From Mobula hypostoma (lineage: Eukaryota), in NCBI RefSeq assembly GCF_963921235.1, contig NC_086108.1, forward strand, positions 83,826,001 to 83,890,000: 64,000 nucleotides of DNA, given 5' to 3'. The position numbers were made by a program, and so were the translations under genes. Below the pieces are notes generated by a model, which did not search any database, was not told where the DNA came from, and saw only the letters and a list, made by a program, of their open reading frames with translations. Positions 50,441 to 62,895 of the stretch are shown here, piece by piece. Numbering within the stretch: the first letter of the stretch is position 1; the number at the start of each line of letters is the position of its first letter.

Positions 50441-52917
50441 ATCGCCTCCACAATTAGTCTGGCTGCAGCTTCTCCACAAACTGCCACCGTCTCCCCTTCC
50501 CCCACCACCACTCTGCAATCCCGTCTCTCTCAGATCCCACTGTCAGCTCCTGGGTCCTCAGAGGCTCCACCTTCCTCTCACCCCAACCCTCCCCTCTCCA
50601 CTGACACACCCAGCCTCCCCCCTCCCCCCTCCCCCTCTGATCCCAGCTCTCATCCGTGCCGGGTCTTTACCATCCCCTCCGACCTTCAACTGTCGGAGGC
50701 AGAACGCTCTGTTCTCAGTAAGGGCCTCACGTTTGTCCCCCTTCGCCCACACCTCAGCGAGTTCCGTGTTCACCATGACGCGGAACTGTTCTTCCGTCGT
50801 CTCCGTCTCCGAGCCTACTTCTTCGGCAAGGACTCTTCCACCCCCACCGATGACCCCTTCTCCCGTCTTCAACCCTCCTCCTCTTCATGGACACCCCGCT
50901 CTGGTCTTCTGCCTGCTCTGGATCTCTTTATCGCTAACTGCCGGCGGGACATCAACCGTCTCGACTTCACCGCACCTTGTTCCCATTCCAACCTCACTCC
51001 TTCGGAACGCTCTGCTCGCCACTCCCTCCGCACTAATCCTAACCTTATTATTAAACCCGCTGATAAAGGGGGTGCTGTTGTAGTCTGGCGTACTGACCTC
51101 TGCCTTGCCGAGGCACAGCGACAACTCGCGGATACCTCCTCTTATTTACCCCTCGATAGTGACCCCACTAAGGAGCACCAGGCCATTGTCTCCCACACCA
51201 TCACCAACTTTATCCGCTCAGGGGATCTCCCATCCACTGCTACCAACCTTATAGTTCCCACACCTCGCACTTCCCGTTTCTACCTCCTACCCAAGATCCA
51301 CAAACCTGCCTGTCCTGGCAGACCTATTGTCTCAGCTTGCTCCTGCCCCACCGAACTCGTTTCTGCATACCTCGACACGGTTTTATCCCCCCTTGTTCAA
51401 TCCCTTCCGACCTATGTTCGTGACACTTCTCACGCTCTTAAACTTTTCGATGATTCTAAGTTCCCTGGCCCGCACCGCTTCATTTTCACCATGGATGTCC
51501 AGTCCCTATATACTTCCATCCCCCATCAGGAAGGTCTCAAAGCTCTCCGCTTCTTTTTGGATTCCAGACCTAATCAGTTCCCCTCTACCAAGTCCGTCTA
51601 GTGGAATTAGTCCTTACTCTTAATAATTTCTCCTTTGGCTCCTCCCACTTCCTCCAAACTAAAGGTGTAGCTATGGGCACCCGCATGGGTCCGAGCTATG
51701 CCTGCCTTTTTGCCGGCTTTGTGGAACAATCTATGTTCCGAACCTATTCTGGTATCTGTCCCCCACTTTTCCTTCGCTACATCGACGACTGCATTGGCGC
51801 TGTTTCCTGCATACATACTGAGCGCGTTGACTTTATTAACTTTGCCTCCAACTTTCACCCTGCCCTCAAGTTTACCTGGTCCATTTCCGACACCTCCCTC
51901 CCCTTTCTAGATCTTTCTGTCTATATCTCTGGAGACAGCTTATCTACTGATGTCTACTATAATAAGCCTACTGACTCTCACAGCTATCTGGACTATTCCT
52001 CTTCTCACCCTGTCTCTTGCAAAAATGCCATCCCCTTCTCGCAATTCCTCCGTCTCTGCCGTATCTGCTCTCAGGATGAGGCTTCTCATTCCAGGACGAG
52101 GGAGATATCCTCCTTTTTTTTTAAAGAAAGGGGCTTCCCTTCCTCCACCATCAACTCTGCTCTCAAACGCATCTCCCCCATTTCACGCACATCTGCTCTC
52201 AGTCCATCCTCCCGCCACACCACTAGGAATAGGGTTCCCCTGGTCCTCACCTACCACCCCACCAGCCTTCAGGTCCAACATATTATTCTCCGTAAATTCC
52301 GCCACCTCCAACAGGATCCCACCACTAAGCACATCTTTCCCTCCCCCCGCCCCCCTGCTTTCCACAGGGATCGCTCCCTACGCGACTCCCTTGTCCATTC
52401 ATCCCCCCCCCCCCCATCCCTTCCCACCGATCTCCCTCCTGGCACTTATCCTTGTAAGCGGAACAAGTGCTACACATGCCCTTACACTTCCTCCCTTACC
52501 ACCATTCAGGGCCCCAGACAGTCCTTCCAGGTGAGGCGACACTTCACCTGTGAGTCGGCTGGGGTGATATACTGCGTCTGGTGCTCCCGATGTGGCCTTC
52601 TATATATTGGCGAGACCCGACGCATACTGGGAGATCGTTTTGCTGAACACCTACGCTCTGTCCGTCAGAGAAAGCAGGATCTCCCAGTGGCCACACATTT
52701 TAATTCCATATCCCATTCCCATTCTGACATGTCTATCCACGGCCTCCTCTACTGTAAAGATGAAGCCACACTCAGGTTGGAGGAACAACACCTTATATTC
52801 CGTCTGGGATATTCCGTCTGGGATATTCCGTCTATTCCGTCTGGGATATTCCGTCTATTCCGTCTGGGTAGCCTCCAACCTGATGGCATGAACATTGACT
52901 TCTCTAACTTCCGCTAA
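50441..52917 (+). pseudogene. Penelope RT/GIY-YIG ORF broken by one frameshift near 51590
   Basis: ORFs 50327..51601 and 51601..52917 are consecutive halves of one protein. Confidence 0.9.
52795..52868 (+). repeat. Tandem microduplication (atattccgtctggg / attccgtct units), net +60 nt
   Basis: Read directly; the native C-terminus GSLQPDGMNIDFSNFR* stays in frame. Confidence 0.9.
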
Positions 52918-53197
52918 TGCCCCACCTCCCCCTCGTATCTCATCCGTTATTTGTATACACACATTCTTTCTCTCACTCGCCTTTTTCTCCCTCTGTCCCT
53001 CTGACTATACCCCTTGCCCATCGTCCGCGTTCTCCCCCTTTTCCTTCTCCCCAGACCTCCTGTCCCATGATCCTCTCATATCCCCTTTGCCAATCACCTG
53101 TCCAGCTCTTGGCTCCATCCCTCCCCCTCCTGTCTTCTCCTACCATTTCGGACCTCCCCTCCCACTTTTAGATCTCTTACTAGCTCTTCCTTCAGTT

Positions 53198-53233
53198 AGT
53201 CCTGACGAAGGGTCTCGGCCTGAAACGTCGACT
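53198..53233 (+). ncRNA. Minimal type I hammerhead ribozyme in Penelope pLTR
   Basis: agtc-CTGACGA (53202-53208)-agggtctcggcct-GAAAC-GTC (cleavage after 53229)-gact; palindromic ACGT stem III. Confidence 0.88.
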
Positions 53234-53309
53234 GTACCTCTTCCTAGAGATGCTGCCTGGCCTGCTGCGTTCACCAGCATCTTTGATGTGTGTTGCCACC
53301 ATCCTGTGG

Positions 53310-53965
53310 GTTTTCACTCGCTGATTTTAATTGCTGTGTTTGCCAGTATGCGTACACTAACACACCGATTACACCGGCCGGCAGACGAGGTAAATACCTA
53401 CCTTGGGTTTGACTGACACTCGCTCACGTGGTTTAAATATTGGTGTCGAATCAAGTGGATATCGGAACTGATCAGGCGAAATAGTCTCCGCAAGTAAGTA
53501 AAACACCTACTAGTAGTAACTGCGTTCGAAAGTTTGCCGAACTCCAGGTGTGTGCAGTTTCGCCCCTGAGATGATAGGATAAATTTGTAATCAACTTTTC
53601 CGTCTCGGTGGGCCCAATAATCTTGAGGTTCCAATCGCTAAATACATAAGGGAGATTGCCCTGGCTTTCCTGTTCTTCCCCACTGAGCCTCCAAAAATGG
53701 ATCCGTCCACGTACCTCAAGGTACAGTAAGTGCAATTGCGGATCACACTCAATTGCGTATTTATTTTAAGTATGCATCTGTCCCGGGGGCGTGTAACCAG
53801 CACTTTAACCAGATTTAATTTTAATGTTAATGCAAATAAGATCCCCGAGTAGCAAAACTATTTGAAAATAAATTGCAGAAATTATAACGGTTCACCTAAA
53901 TCTTCGAATCCGAGATTAACCGTCATCTTAAAATAGCTTCGCCTCCAACTGCAAAATAAATCCGA
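53310..53965. promoter_or_regulatory. CpG-undepleted segment (candidate non-methylated island)
   Basis: About 30 CpGs (manual count) in ~650 bp of moderate GC, versus strong depletion in 55-62 kb. Confidence 0.4.
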
Positions 53966-56900
53966 GAATCTTTGTGACTTCTATCACAAGCTTGTAATTT
54001 AGAGGATTATAAACCATTCCTTAAATTCTATTACCTTTTAAATTTTGCAAGAATAATCCACTAGGTGGTGAATTTGCCTTTTGGCCGCAGCTACAGAAGT
54101 CAAATAACCAGTTTAGTCAACATCAGGTTTATTATTACCGACATGCGTTGGGAAATATGTTTTGCAGCAGCAGTATATTGCAATACATAAAAGAAAATTA
54201 CTAGAAGTCACAATAAGAAATATATTTAAAAAGCAGTGCAAAAAGTCAGGTAGTCATGGTTTTTGTTTACTAAGATGGCGCGCAGAATAGCAACCCTTTT
54301 TCGTGCAGCTCCTTGATTTGAAACGTTGGAACAATTTTGCTCCTAAAACCAGAACTGTAAATATAAATCCCACTTAAGTGTATAGACAAGGACCTCAATC
54401 ACCAAGGCATAGGAAGGCTAGAGACCACATACTAATAACTGGAGTTTAGCATAAATAAATAGTTGATTTGTGTGGCCACAGAGGCTGTTTCTTTGCTATA
54501 TGATTCCACAACCCAGATGTACCGTAATTCAGTTTTGCACAAATTACATTGTCCTTCCAATGTGGAACCATGTTGGAATTGAGAACCAAGTTCAAAGTAA
54601 TCTAAGCTCTGTGATCCATTGACTCAGTGGGACGGAGAGCAAAAGATATCTGTGCAGTCTGTATTTGGGTATTTTGGAGTAAATTGTTTTTCTCAGATCC
54701 CTCTTTCTGATGAATATCCAACTATTATTTCTTTTATCAGTTTTTTTCAAACCAAAGTCAAAGCGATCTTGGGTACTTGAAATCTAATAACAAATGACCT
54801 GTTTGCATTGCTGATGTAAACAGTTAACAATCCTTTCAGATTTGACACATTATTACATCTTGAATCCAGTTGGTGGTACTGCAGGGGAGTGAATGGAGGG
54901 GGGGTGCCTAAAATCCCAATTAGATATTGTTACTTAACATGATGTTCCATGGTCCAATTTCTGGGTGGGTAGAAGAGCTGCAGTGTTGTTTCCTATGCTG
55001 TGGATGATCACTGTGCATGTTGCCTATCAGTTGGCATTGTTTGAAGGCAAAATTTTTAAATTCATGGCTGAGTAAGGAGAGAATAGCTTGGGATCAAGCA
55101 TAAGACTCGTCTGTAGTAGCTATGACACTGAAGCAATTCCAGTGATGGTAGTTAATGTCCCACAGGAAAAGAACAAATCAGGTGGTAGATGTAAATTGAC
55201 ATTGTTTCTTTGCGTTTTTCCGATGATGCTTTGGAATTAAGGCTTGTGGAATCTGCCCACAGATTTTAAGATGTATTTTCTGTTTATGGCTACACTGTTA
55301 CTGAATCAGCTTCAGATTAATCTTGGAAGCCCATCCATAAGAGATCTTCCACAGGAGAATTCCTCTTTATATTCTCCCGCACAGAAATATGGTAAATTCT
55401 ATCAAATTTGGACTAGGGAATAAATAGGGAGGCAGGATCTGCATTTTGGGAAGGTTCCCAAGGTAAATGTTGTAGAAGCTGGCTTTTTCTTTGGTAAAAT
55501 ATTTTCTGACAAAATGTTCTGTCAGCTTTTTATTGGAAATTTGATTTAGCAATACAGGAGTCCAACATATCTGGGATCTGCACACCTCCTTTCCAATGCT
55601 TGGATTTCCAGCATCTGCAAATTTTCTCTCGTTTGTGATTGGATCACATCTCCTTTTCCAAATGCTCAGCAGGTTCATTTGAATGTGCTTACACACTTGT
55701 TTATTTTCTCCCCAGGAAGTCTGTGCTAAACACAGTTTTAAGGACCCAGTCCAGAAATCTTGCCAGACAGCCCTTAGGAATCACAATCTCCGGATTTATT
55801 TGTAAAGTCTGGTGAAGGAGAAGGGCAATGAGCAATTTAGAGAAGTGTCTTAGTCGGAAGGGGAAAAGTTAATTGGGAAGAGGGGGCAGCTGCTGGAGTG
55901 AGTAAGAAGATGTGAGGAGGCGAAGGCAATTTAAGCCAAAAAAAACTTTGTATCCTGTCAAAGTCTCAGTTTAAAGGAAAGGGTAGCCAAGGTAATGGGT
56001 GGGGTGAATGATAAGAAAAATGGATTGGCGAAGGCCAGTTATTCTTGAGGTGCACAGTGGAGATGGGATGCATCTTGGGTTGCTGGTAGGAGTGGGAGGA
56101 AATTGCATAAGAACTGCCTATATTCTTCTAATGCTCTTTACACACAAAGAGTCAGGGGACTGAAAATGGTAAATGCTCTGGCCTTTGATTTTAAAAGAAC
56201 AATCAAAGACAAGTCCAGCCACCACAGGCTGTTCAAAAACTCTTCAGTCTCCAAAGGTTTTCTTGTCATGCAGTGAATGAGATTTTAAACGAATCATTTC
56301 ACCTTGTGAAGCAGAAATAATGAGAATAGTCAAACTCTTTGCATAGTATCACAAAATTTATTTGAAATATCTTAAAATACTGCTTTGGAAAAGCTTTGTT
56401 TTACAGAGGTTTAGTGTTGACATTCTGCATGATTGAGATTAAATTACATTATTTTTAAAAAATGCTGTCAGAGACATGGCCCCACATTTCACTTCAAATA
56501 AATAGGATCTTATATCTGAAAAAGGATGAGGTTGATAAAAAATAAATAAATAACTTAACTATAATAAATATTTTGCCTAATAAGTTTCTTTAATGCAAAG
56601 AGATGCATAGCATCCAACATGGCTGGCTTGTGCTCAAGACAACTATTAGAATTGTTTGTACACGTGAGCAAATTTATTGGTGGTCTTTTGGCTTAATGAT
56701 TCTCACAGGCCATTCACTTCATTGGAGCCTTTTTAAAACAGACCCTTTTCTGTTGAGAGTGAATTCATATGCATTTGGAAGTCTTAGAGATGATATGAGC
56801 TTCAGTATTGGATTCAACTGTTAACCTGTTTCATTTGTACACATTCCCATCGAAGGGGCAAAGATCAAATCTCGTACCAGACACGGCATTTGAGCATGAA

Positions 56901-59312
56901 TTTGCTAAAGATGTGTTTTACCTGAATGATCCTTCAAATGACAGACTGATTGTGGAAATGCAAGTCCATTAACCAATGCTAATGTACATGTTACAATATT
57001 TATTGAGGGGTGGGGAAACAAAGGGATCATTTTATGATTATATAGTGATAGGGTCTCTTGTAGTGGGATAAGACTTTTATCCTTTCCATGTTTTAGTTCA
57101 AAGTCCATTATATCGAAGATGCAAAAAATGTTTCTGGGTAGAAAACGCTACAGGGAGAATGACAGGGTTATTTAAAGCTGAGGCACCTAATGTCTTGTAC
57201 AACTGCCCACAGCCAGTCACTAACTAATAATAACACAGGCCATGAGCCATGTGTCTGTCCAGAGCAAGCACTGAATGATCACATAAGAAAACAAAAACTG
57301 TAATCAGGTTTTTCAAGTGTACCAGTAAATGGGAATTCCCTTTGGTAGGTTTCAGATCATTTCACTAAATTGTGATAACTGTAGCACCCTTGTGACTAAT
57401 ATACCCCACACTAAGTTAATTGGGGTGGAATTCAATTTTGGTAGCAGCTCAAAAGTCACAGGCCACATTCCACACCTTGCCTAATATTTTCATTTATTGA
57501 CATGTGGCGATAATGGCCACTTGCCTGCCTTTGATTTTTGTGTCACCACAATTTGCAGCCCAGCACTATTAATCAGACTTCCCTCATTCCTTTGCAACTA
57601 GCTGAACTTGAATTCAACATACATTTTGTCTTTGCAGTTAGAGACTGTCCATGTCACCAGAAACAATGAGGAAGCTGCTTTACAGCATAGTCAAATTACT
57701 GAAATACAGATTAGTATTTTGGGAGTCTTGTATTTTTGATCTTTAGTCTTTTAACCTACTGGCAATCCAACAATTATCTCTTGAACCTTCACTGGCTTTT
57801 TCAAAGAGTGAACCTGTCTGCCTTTTCTCATTCCTTATTTGTGGTTTATCATTTTCATAAGGATCAATTTAATATGGGTTAGGGAGTGGAATTATTTTTA
57901 CAGCGTGGCTCTAGAAATTTTTATATTATCCGTTGAGAATTTTGATCTGGTTTGCTGTCTGTAGAAACTTGCTTATTGAAAATTACTGCCACAGTTGATA
58001 TCATTACACTCTGCAATTAATTCATCTTGTGTGACACTAAGTTTCTGGTGGGTATAAGGCACTGTACAAACCTAAACGTTCCTGTATTTTTTTTACTCAC
58101 ACCGATAGAGCATTTTATTTTTGTCTATGCCATAAGCCAAACTTGTATATGACAGAAAAGTGACTTGAAATTTGGTACCAAAACAAATTTCATGTCTTAG
58201 TCACGAATGTGGAAAAAGTCCGAGACGAAGTCATTTATGGAGAAAATAAACTACAGTCAGATATGAGGACCATCAATTTTAATCACTCCACTACTGACCT
58301 AATGCAGTGAAAGCCACAAGATCTAGGCGTTACTACTTATCCTCTCGTTCCTTTGAAAGCAAGTCCTTTGAGTCTTCCATTGTGGCTTCCAGTATCTTTG
58401 TTGATAACAATACCATTAAGTGCTCTGGAATGCTTTACAGTATTGACTGCTATAAAAATGCGAAGTTTTCTTTATTAATTTAGTCTCCTTTGTTCCTTGG
58501 AGTCATGCCACAATAATGCCAAATTTAAAAAGAAACGGGTGATATTCATTAAGGATCAGTGTGCACTAAAGAAACCACCAATGTTTGGCAACCATTTAAA
58601 AATGTCCAACATGGCCACTTTGCTCAGTGAAGTTTTACAAAAATTCACCCAAGCTGCTCACTAATGTCCATAGTTCTGATGAATTTCATGAGACCAACGT
58701 TTGTCATTATTTGCTCAAGGATTTTAACTAAAAGTATTGCATTCTCCTTTTGATGTTCACTCCTGCTTAAGTCCAGTGCACCAAAAATCTCGGGAACACA
58801 AGTTGTCTGATAATATTGTACTTGGTTTGCACTAATAACCAAAGATTTTCTGAGTCAAAGGTTTCACAGCCTATCTAAAAATATACATATATAAAATATT
58901 TACTGATGGAGTTAACTAACTAAGGAGTCACTTCTATTCCATCATTTCCAGTGAGATGGATTACAGAACTATCAAATCATCGAAGATGTTTTCTTTGTTC
59001 TGGTAAGTTATTTTTAATGGGCAGTCCCTCAGTATTGAGGATGATTTGTGTTTCCACTCTGATCTTTGGGCTCGCTAGCTTCTTCAGAGCCCATTGTTCA
59101 CAGATAGGGCAGGGAGCCTAATTCACAGGGAGGGTGGGCTGTTTGGGAAGTGGTATTAAAGCTTGGGTGAACTAATAACAACATCCTCTCCCAGGACTGG
59201 GGCCCTAGCTACACTCAGTCTTGGCCTGCACCAGATTCCCAGAGATGTATGCCTCTGTAGAGGTGGCGATAACCAGAGAGAGGAGGGGGGAAAAGGAATG
59301 AAGGGTGTGTTC

Positions 59313-59446
59313 AAAAACATAAGAGATTCTGCAGATGCTGCAAATCCGGAGCTATAGATGCAAAATGCTGGAGGAACTCAGCAGGTTAGGCAGCATCTAG
59401 GGAGAGGAATAAACAGTCAATGTTTTGGGCTGAGACCCTTCAATAG
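59313..59446 (-). mobile_element. Solo Penelope pLTR with degenerate hammerhead; a decayed V-SINE follows to ~59720
   Basis: Reverse complement reads ctattgaagggtctcagcccaaaacattgactg...gatgctgcctaacctgctgagttcctccagca. Confidence 0.75.
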
Positions 59447-62400
59447 AAGTGTGTAACTGCTACCCGGACAGCACCAAATCTTCCTGTGACCATATAGATT
59501 TCCCCTGGGCGCCATTGTTTCCTCCTTCACCCCAAGAAATGCGGGTTGGGAGGTTAAACTAACTGCTGTAAATTGCCCCTAGTATGTTGCTAAGTGGTAA
59601 CATCTAGGGAGAATTGAAGAGAATGTAGAGAGGTTTTTTAAAAATAAAAATTGATTCATGTACTACTAGCATAAATGGATGGTTGATAGTGACTATAGAC
59701 TAGACGGCCAATTTCTGTACTACATTTTTCTGAGACTCCGTTAGTTTAACCTGTTTGACTTTCACAGGGATTAACCAACTGGCAAGCTGCCTCTGATGAC
59801 TTGCACATACTCCAGTTGGACCTCAAACTGAAAGTTTAATTTCTTGGATAAACTGTCCCATTTTAAAGGCAGAAGAGGGCTGATACTGGATAAGGTTCTG
59901 TATTCAGACTGATTTATTTCACTGTAACCTCATACCTAACAAACCAAAAGGGAAAATTGTATTCAAAGACTATAATTAACAGCCATTACCTTTATTTATA
60001 TAGGTGATGAAGAAATCCTGACTATTTAAAATGCGTTCCTGTTATTGATGCTCAGACTTTGCTCATTTTGGAAGAACAGCTCTCTTGGATGTGAGCCATT
60101 GAACACTGGAGAGTTGGACTTAAGATTTTTAGATGATAAAGATGATTCTGGAAACAGCGCACAATCCTTCCACAAAAAGACTAACCAACTGTGTTAATAT
60201 TGGTGGGTTGTTAGGGGAGGGGTGGAATGGATGTAACTATCCAGAATCTTTTTTTCTTCATATACAATATACAACTGCAAATGATCTACAAGTGGTGCAA
60301 TATGGTAAGTAATTGAACTTAACAATTCTCTCATGATTTATAACATTCAGAATGAGGTTATATCAATTTTGTTTTAGGGTTCAGATTATAATCTGCTGGT
60401 GTTTTGTAAGAGTTGAGTGAATGTAAGTTTAACCAAATTATTTCATGAATGTGTAGATACAGTACACATCAGGTATAATGCAACTTAAGAGCAAAACAAC
60501 AGATTGATAAGATGGAGAATAACAGGAGTAGTCAGAAGTGATAAGGTTAAAAAAAAACTGGGAAAATTTCTGGAATTATCTTTGAGATCAACACGAATTA
60601 GTTTCATATTGTCCATCTGGATAGAGATTTCAGCAAAACAAAATCCACAGAAGTTGGGCTTTAAGTTAACACACTGTGGAAAATGTAGTTAGTATATGTC
60701 AGTTGAATTGTTGCAATAAATAACACGTGGATGAGAATTTGAAGTTTACATGTAAGGATGATTGTGAGAATAGGTCAGGAGTAACACCAAGTATTTCAGG
60801 GCGATGTTGAGTTGGAAGAACTGTTCCATTTGACATAGTATTAATAGCATTCTGTTTTTCTCATAAATATGTTCTCAAATTGGCTGTGTTCCTGTAAGGA
60901 TAATAATCATCGCTCATTTATAGAAACAAGAATCACGAATGCTAAAATTTCTAAAACAAATACATCTGAAATCCTTAGCAAACTTTTTAACAGATGGATA
61001 AGCATTTTTAAAAACATAGCTTAAGCCCTTAAGTATATGAATTTTTTGTCTTTACATTTCAGGCTAAGCAGACTTGAAAGTAAATTTTGAAATTTCTCAC
61101 TAAGGAGGTGTTAGATTTATCCTGAACTGAAGAATCATATGTGCAAGATGACCTGTAGAATAAAAGGAGGGCATTTGACATATTTGGGTCCTTCTGCAAT
61201 CCTCAGAATACTAACCACTGGGATAATATTATAACAATATAGTCATGTATGTTTACTGTCTGTTGATTTGATGAATAGGTCTGTATCAGTAATATTTTCT
61301 TTATCTGATTAGAGTGTACACACAATTAGAAGTTCTAAGTGACCCTGGGCATAGAAAAAGTTTGTTTTACTATTTTGGAATGAGAGTTGGCCTTGCCTTT
61401 TCTATTCTTTATGCATTGCACACCTTGTAACTGATTTACCTTTGCTTTACTTTGAAGAAGTTAGATGAGCATTGTGTTGAAAAGCGGCAATATGGTTAAT
61501 ACCATGTCAGATGAATGATTATTATTAATGAGTAACTGCATGAAGGTGCATCTCTCCACACAGCTTGTAGATGCAAATAATCAGAGATCCACACCACGTG
61601 CTTCTCAATTAATAGTCCCCGAATAAGATGGGCCTGGATTAATTATTCCCTAATGATTCGATGGAGGACAATACCAGCATAGTCTGGTCTTTGGAAACCG
61701 AGGGGGTGGGGGGGGGGTGCGTGGACTAGCAATCTCTCCAACCACTTACGCTGGATGGAAAGGAGCAGAAAAAAAATCTAAATAAACCAAAACTAGGGAG
61801 CTTTGGTAAATTTTTGTATGAAGTCTAAATACATAAAAATGCACATTTGCATATATTTCTCCTCTGGTTAACAGTATTGCTAACTACAGATTAACAGGTT
61901 AACAGGAGTATTGCTGACTACTGGAGCTGTATCCAAGATGCACACTAAATATCGGGACGGAATGTGGTGGTAGAGTCAGTGTTCTGGAACATCCTCTGTT
62001 CTTCTGAAACAATGCAATTCATTCTTTTCTATAAACTCCCTATATTTTATTTTACAATTTCATGCGTTTTCTTCAGTAAGAACTTTGAGAATTCTACAGC
62101 ATCATTCCTTTGGGAGTTAGCACAAATTCATTGAGGTAAATGTGCTTTTGCCTTTTTAAAAAAAACACTCTGCATTCAATTAAGTGAAGTGTTGGGCAGT
62201 CAATATGCTTAAAGTCACTTTTAGATTGAGTACCACTTTCTCAGCTCTATTTTCAGGATTACTGCGTGAATGTTCTTGATTATAAGATATTTGTTATAAA
62301 AATATGCTTTACTTAAGGATAATTCTGGTTTTTCTTGGAAAAAACCATTTACAACTTTCACAAGTCATTGGTGTGCTTTTTGCATATTCCATTTGGAAGG

Positions 62401-62895
62401 TTTCTCTTTGAAATGTTGCACGTCCTTTTCCTGACAAAATGAAAATGTTGTTTTCTGTTGCATTAGCTCCACACAATTAATTTTTTTTATTGTTGTTGCA
62501 AGGAATACTTCATTGGTTCATTCCTGTCATCCTGATGTGGCAACATTTTCTTTTGAGCAATGTCACATACGCTTGCAATGCTGAAAGCCCTCACATTACT
62601 GTTTGGGAAATGGATCCAATATCAGGTTACTTCAGGTTGATGAAGAAGTTTCAGAAATAGTGGCACAAGCCGGAGCTAAGTGTTCTTGGTACAATTGATC
62701 CAAATCAATTACTCCAATGTTTCAATCAGATTGAAAGTGCAGATCGCGCACTTATTCCCATCCTTCCTAATGCCCAAATAATAGACCACCATCTTGTTAT
62801 TGTCAAGATAGCGTTGTTCAGCCCTGGTGCCCTTTGTGGCACATTGTTCCTTCACCTCAAAAACCACCGTACTTGCATATGATGCAAAGTTTCCA

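Larger units (their letters stand above)
50441..53296 (+). mobile_element. Young 5'-truncated Penelope-like element (Neptune type): RT + GIY-YIG + pLTR with hammerhead
   Basis: IKPADKGGAVV, YLLPKIHK..PGRPIVS, MDVQSLYTSIP, GVAMGTRMGP, RYIDD, PFLD; Cys linker CKRNKCYTC; VIY..C..C...YIGET...RF.EH. 5' boundary approximate. Confidence 0.95.

Noticed and set aside
52795..52868. CRISPR-like array
   Set aside because: Head-to-tail repeats without unique spacers, in a eukaryotic retroelement.
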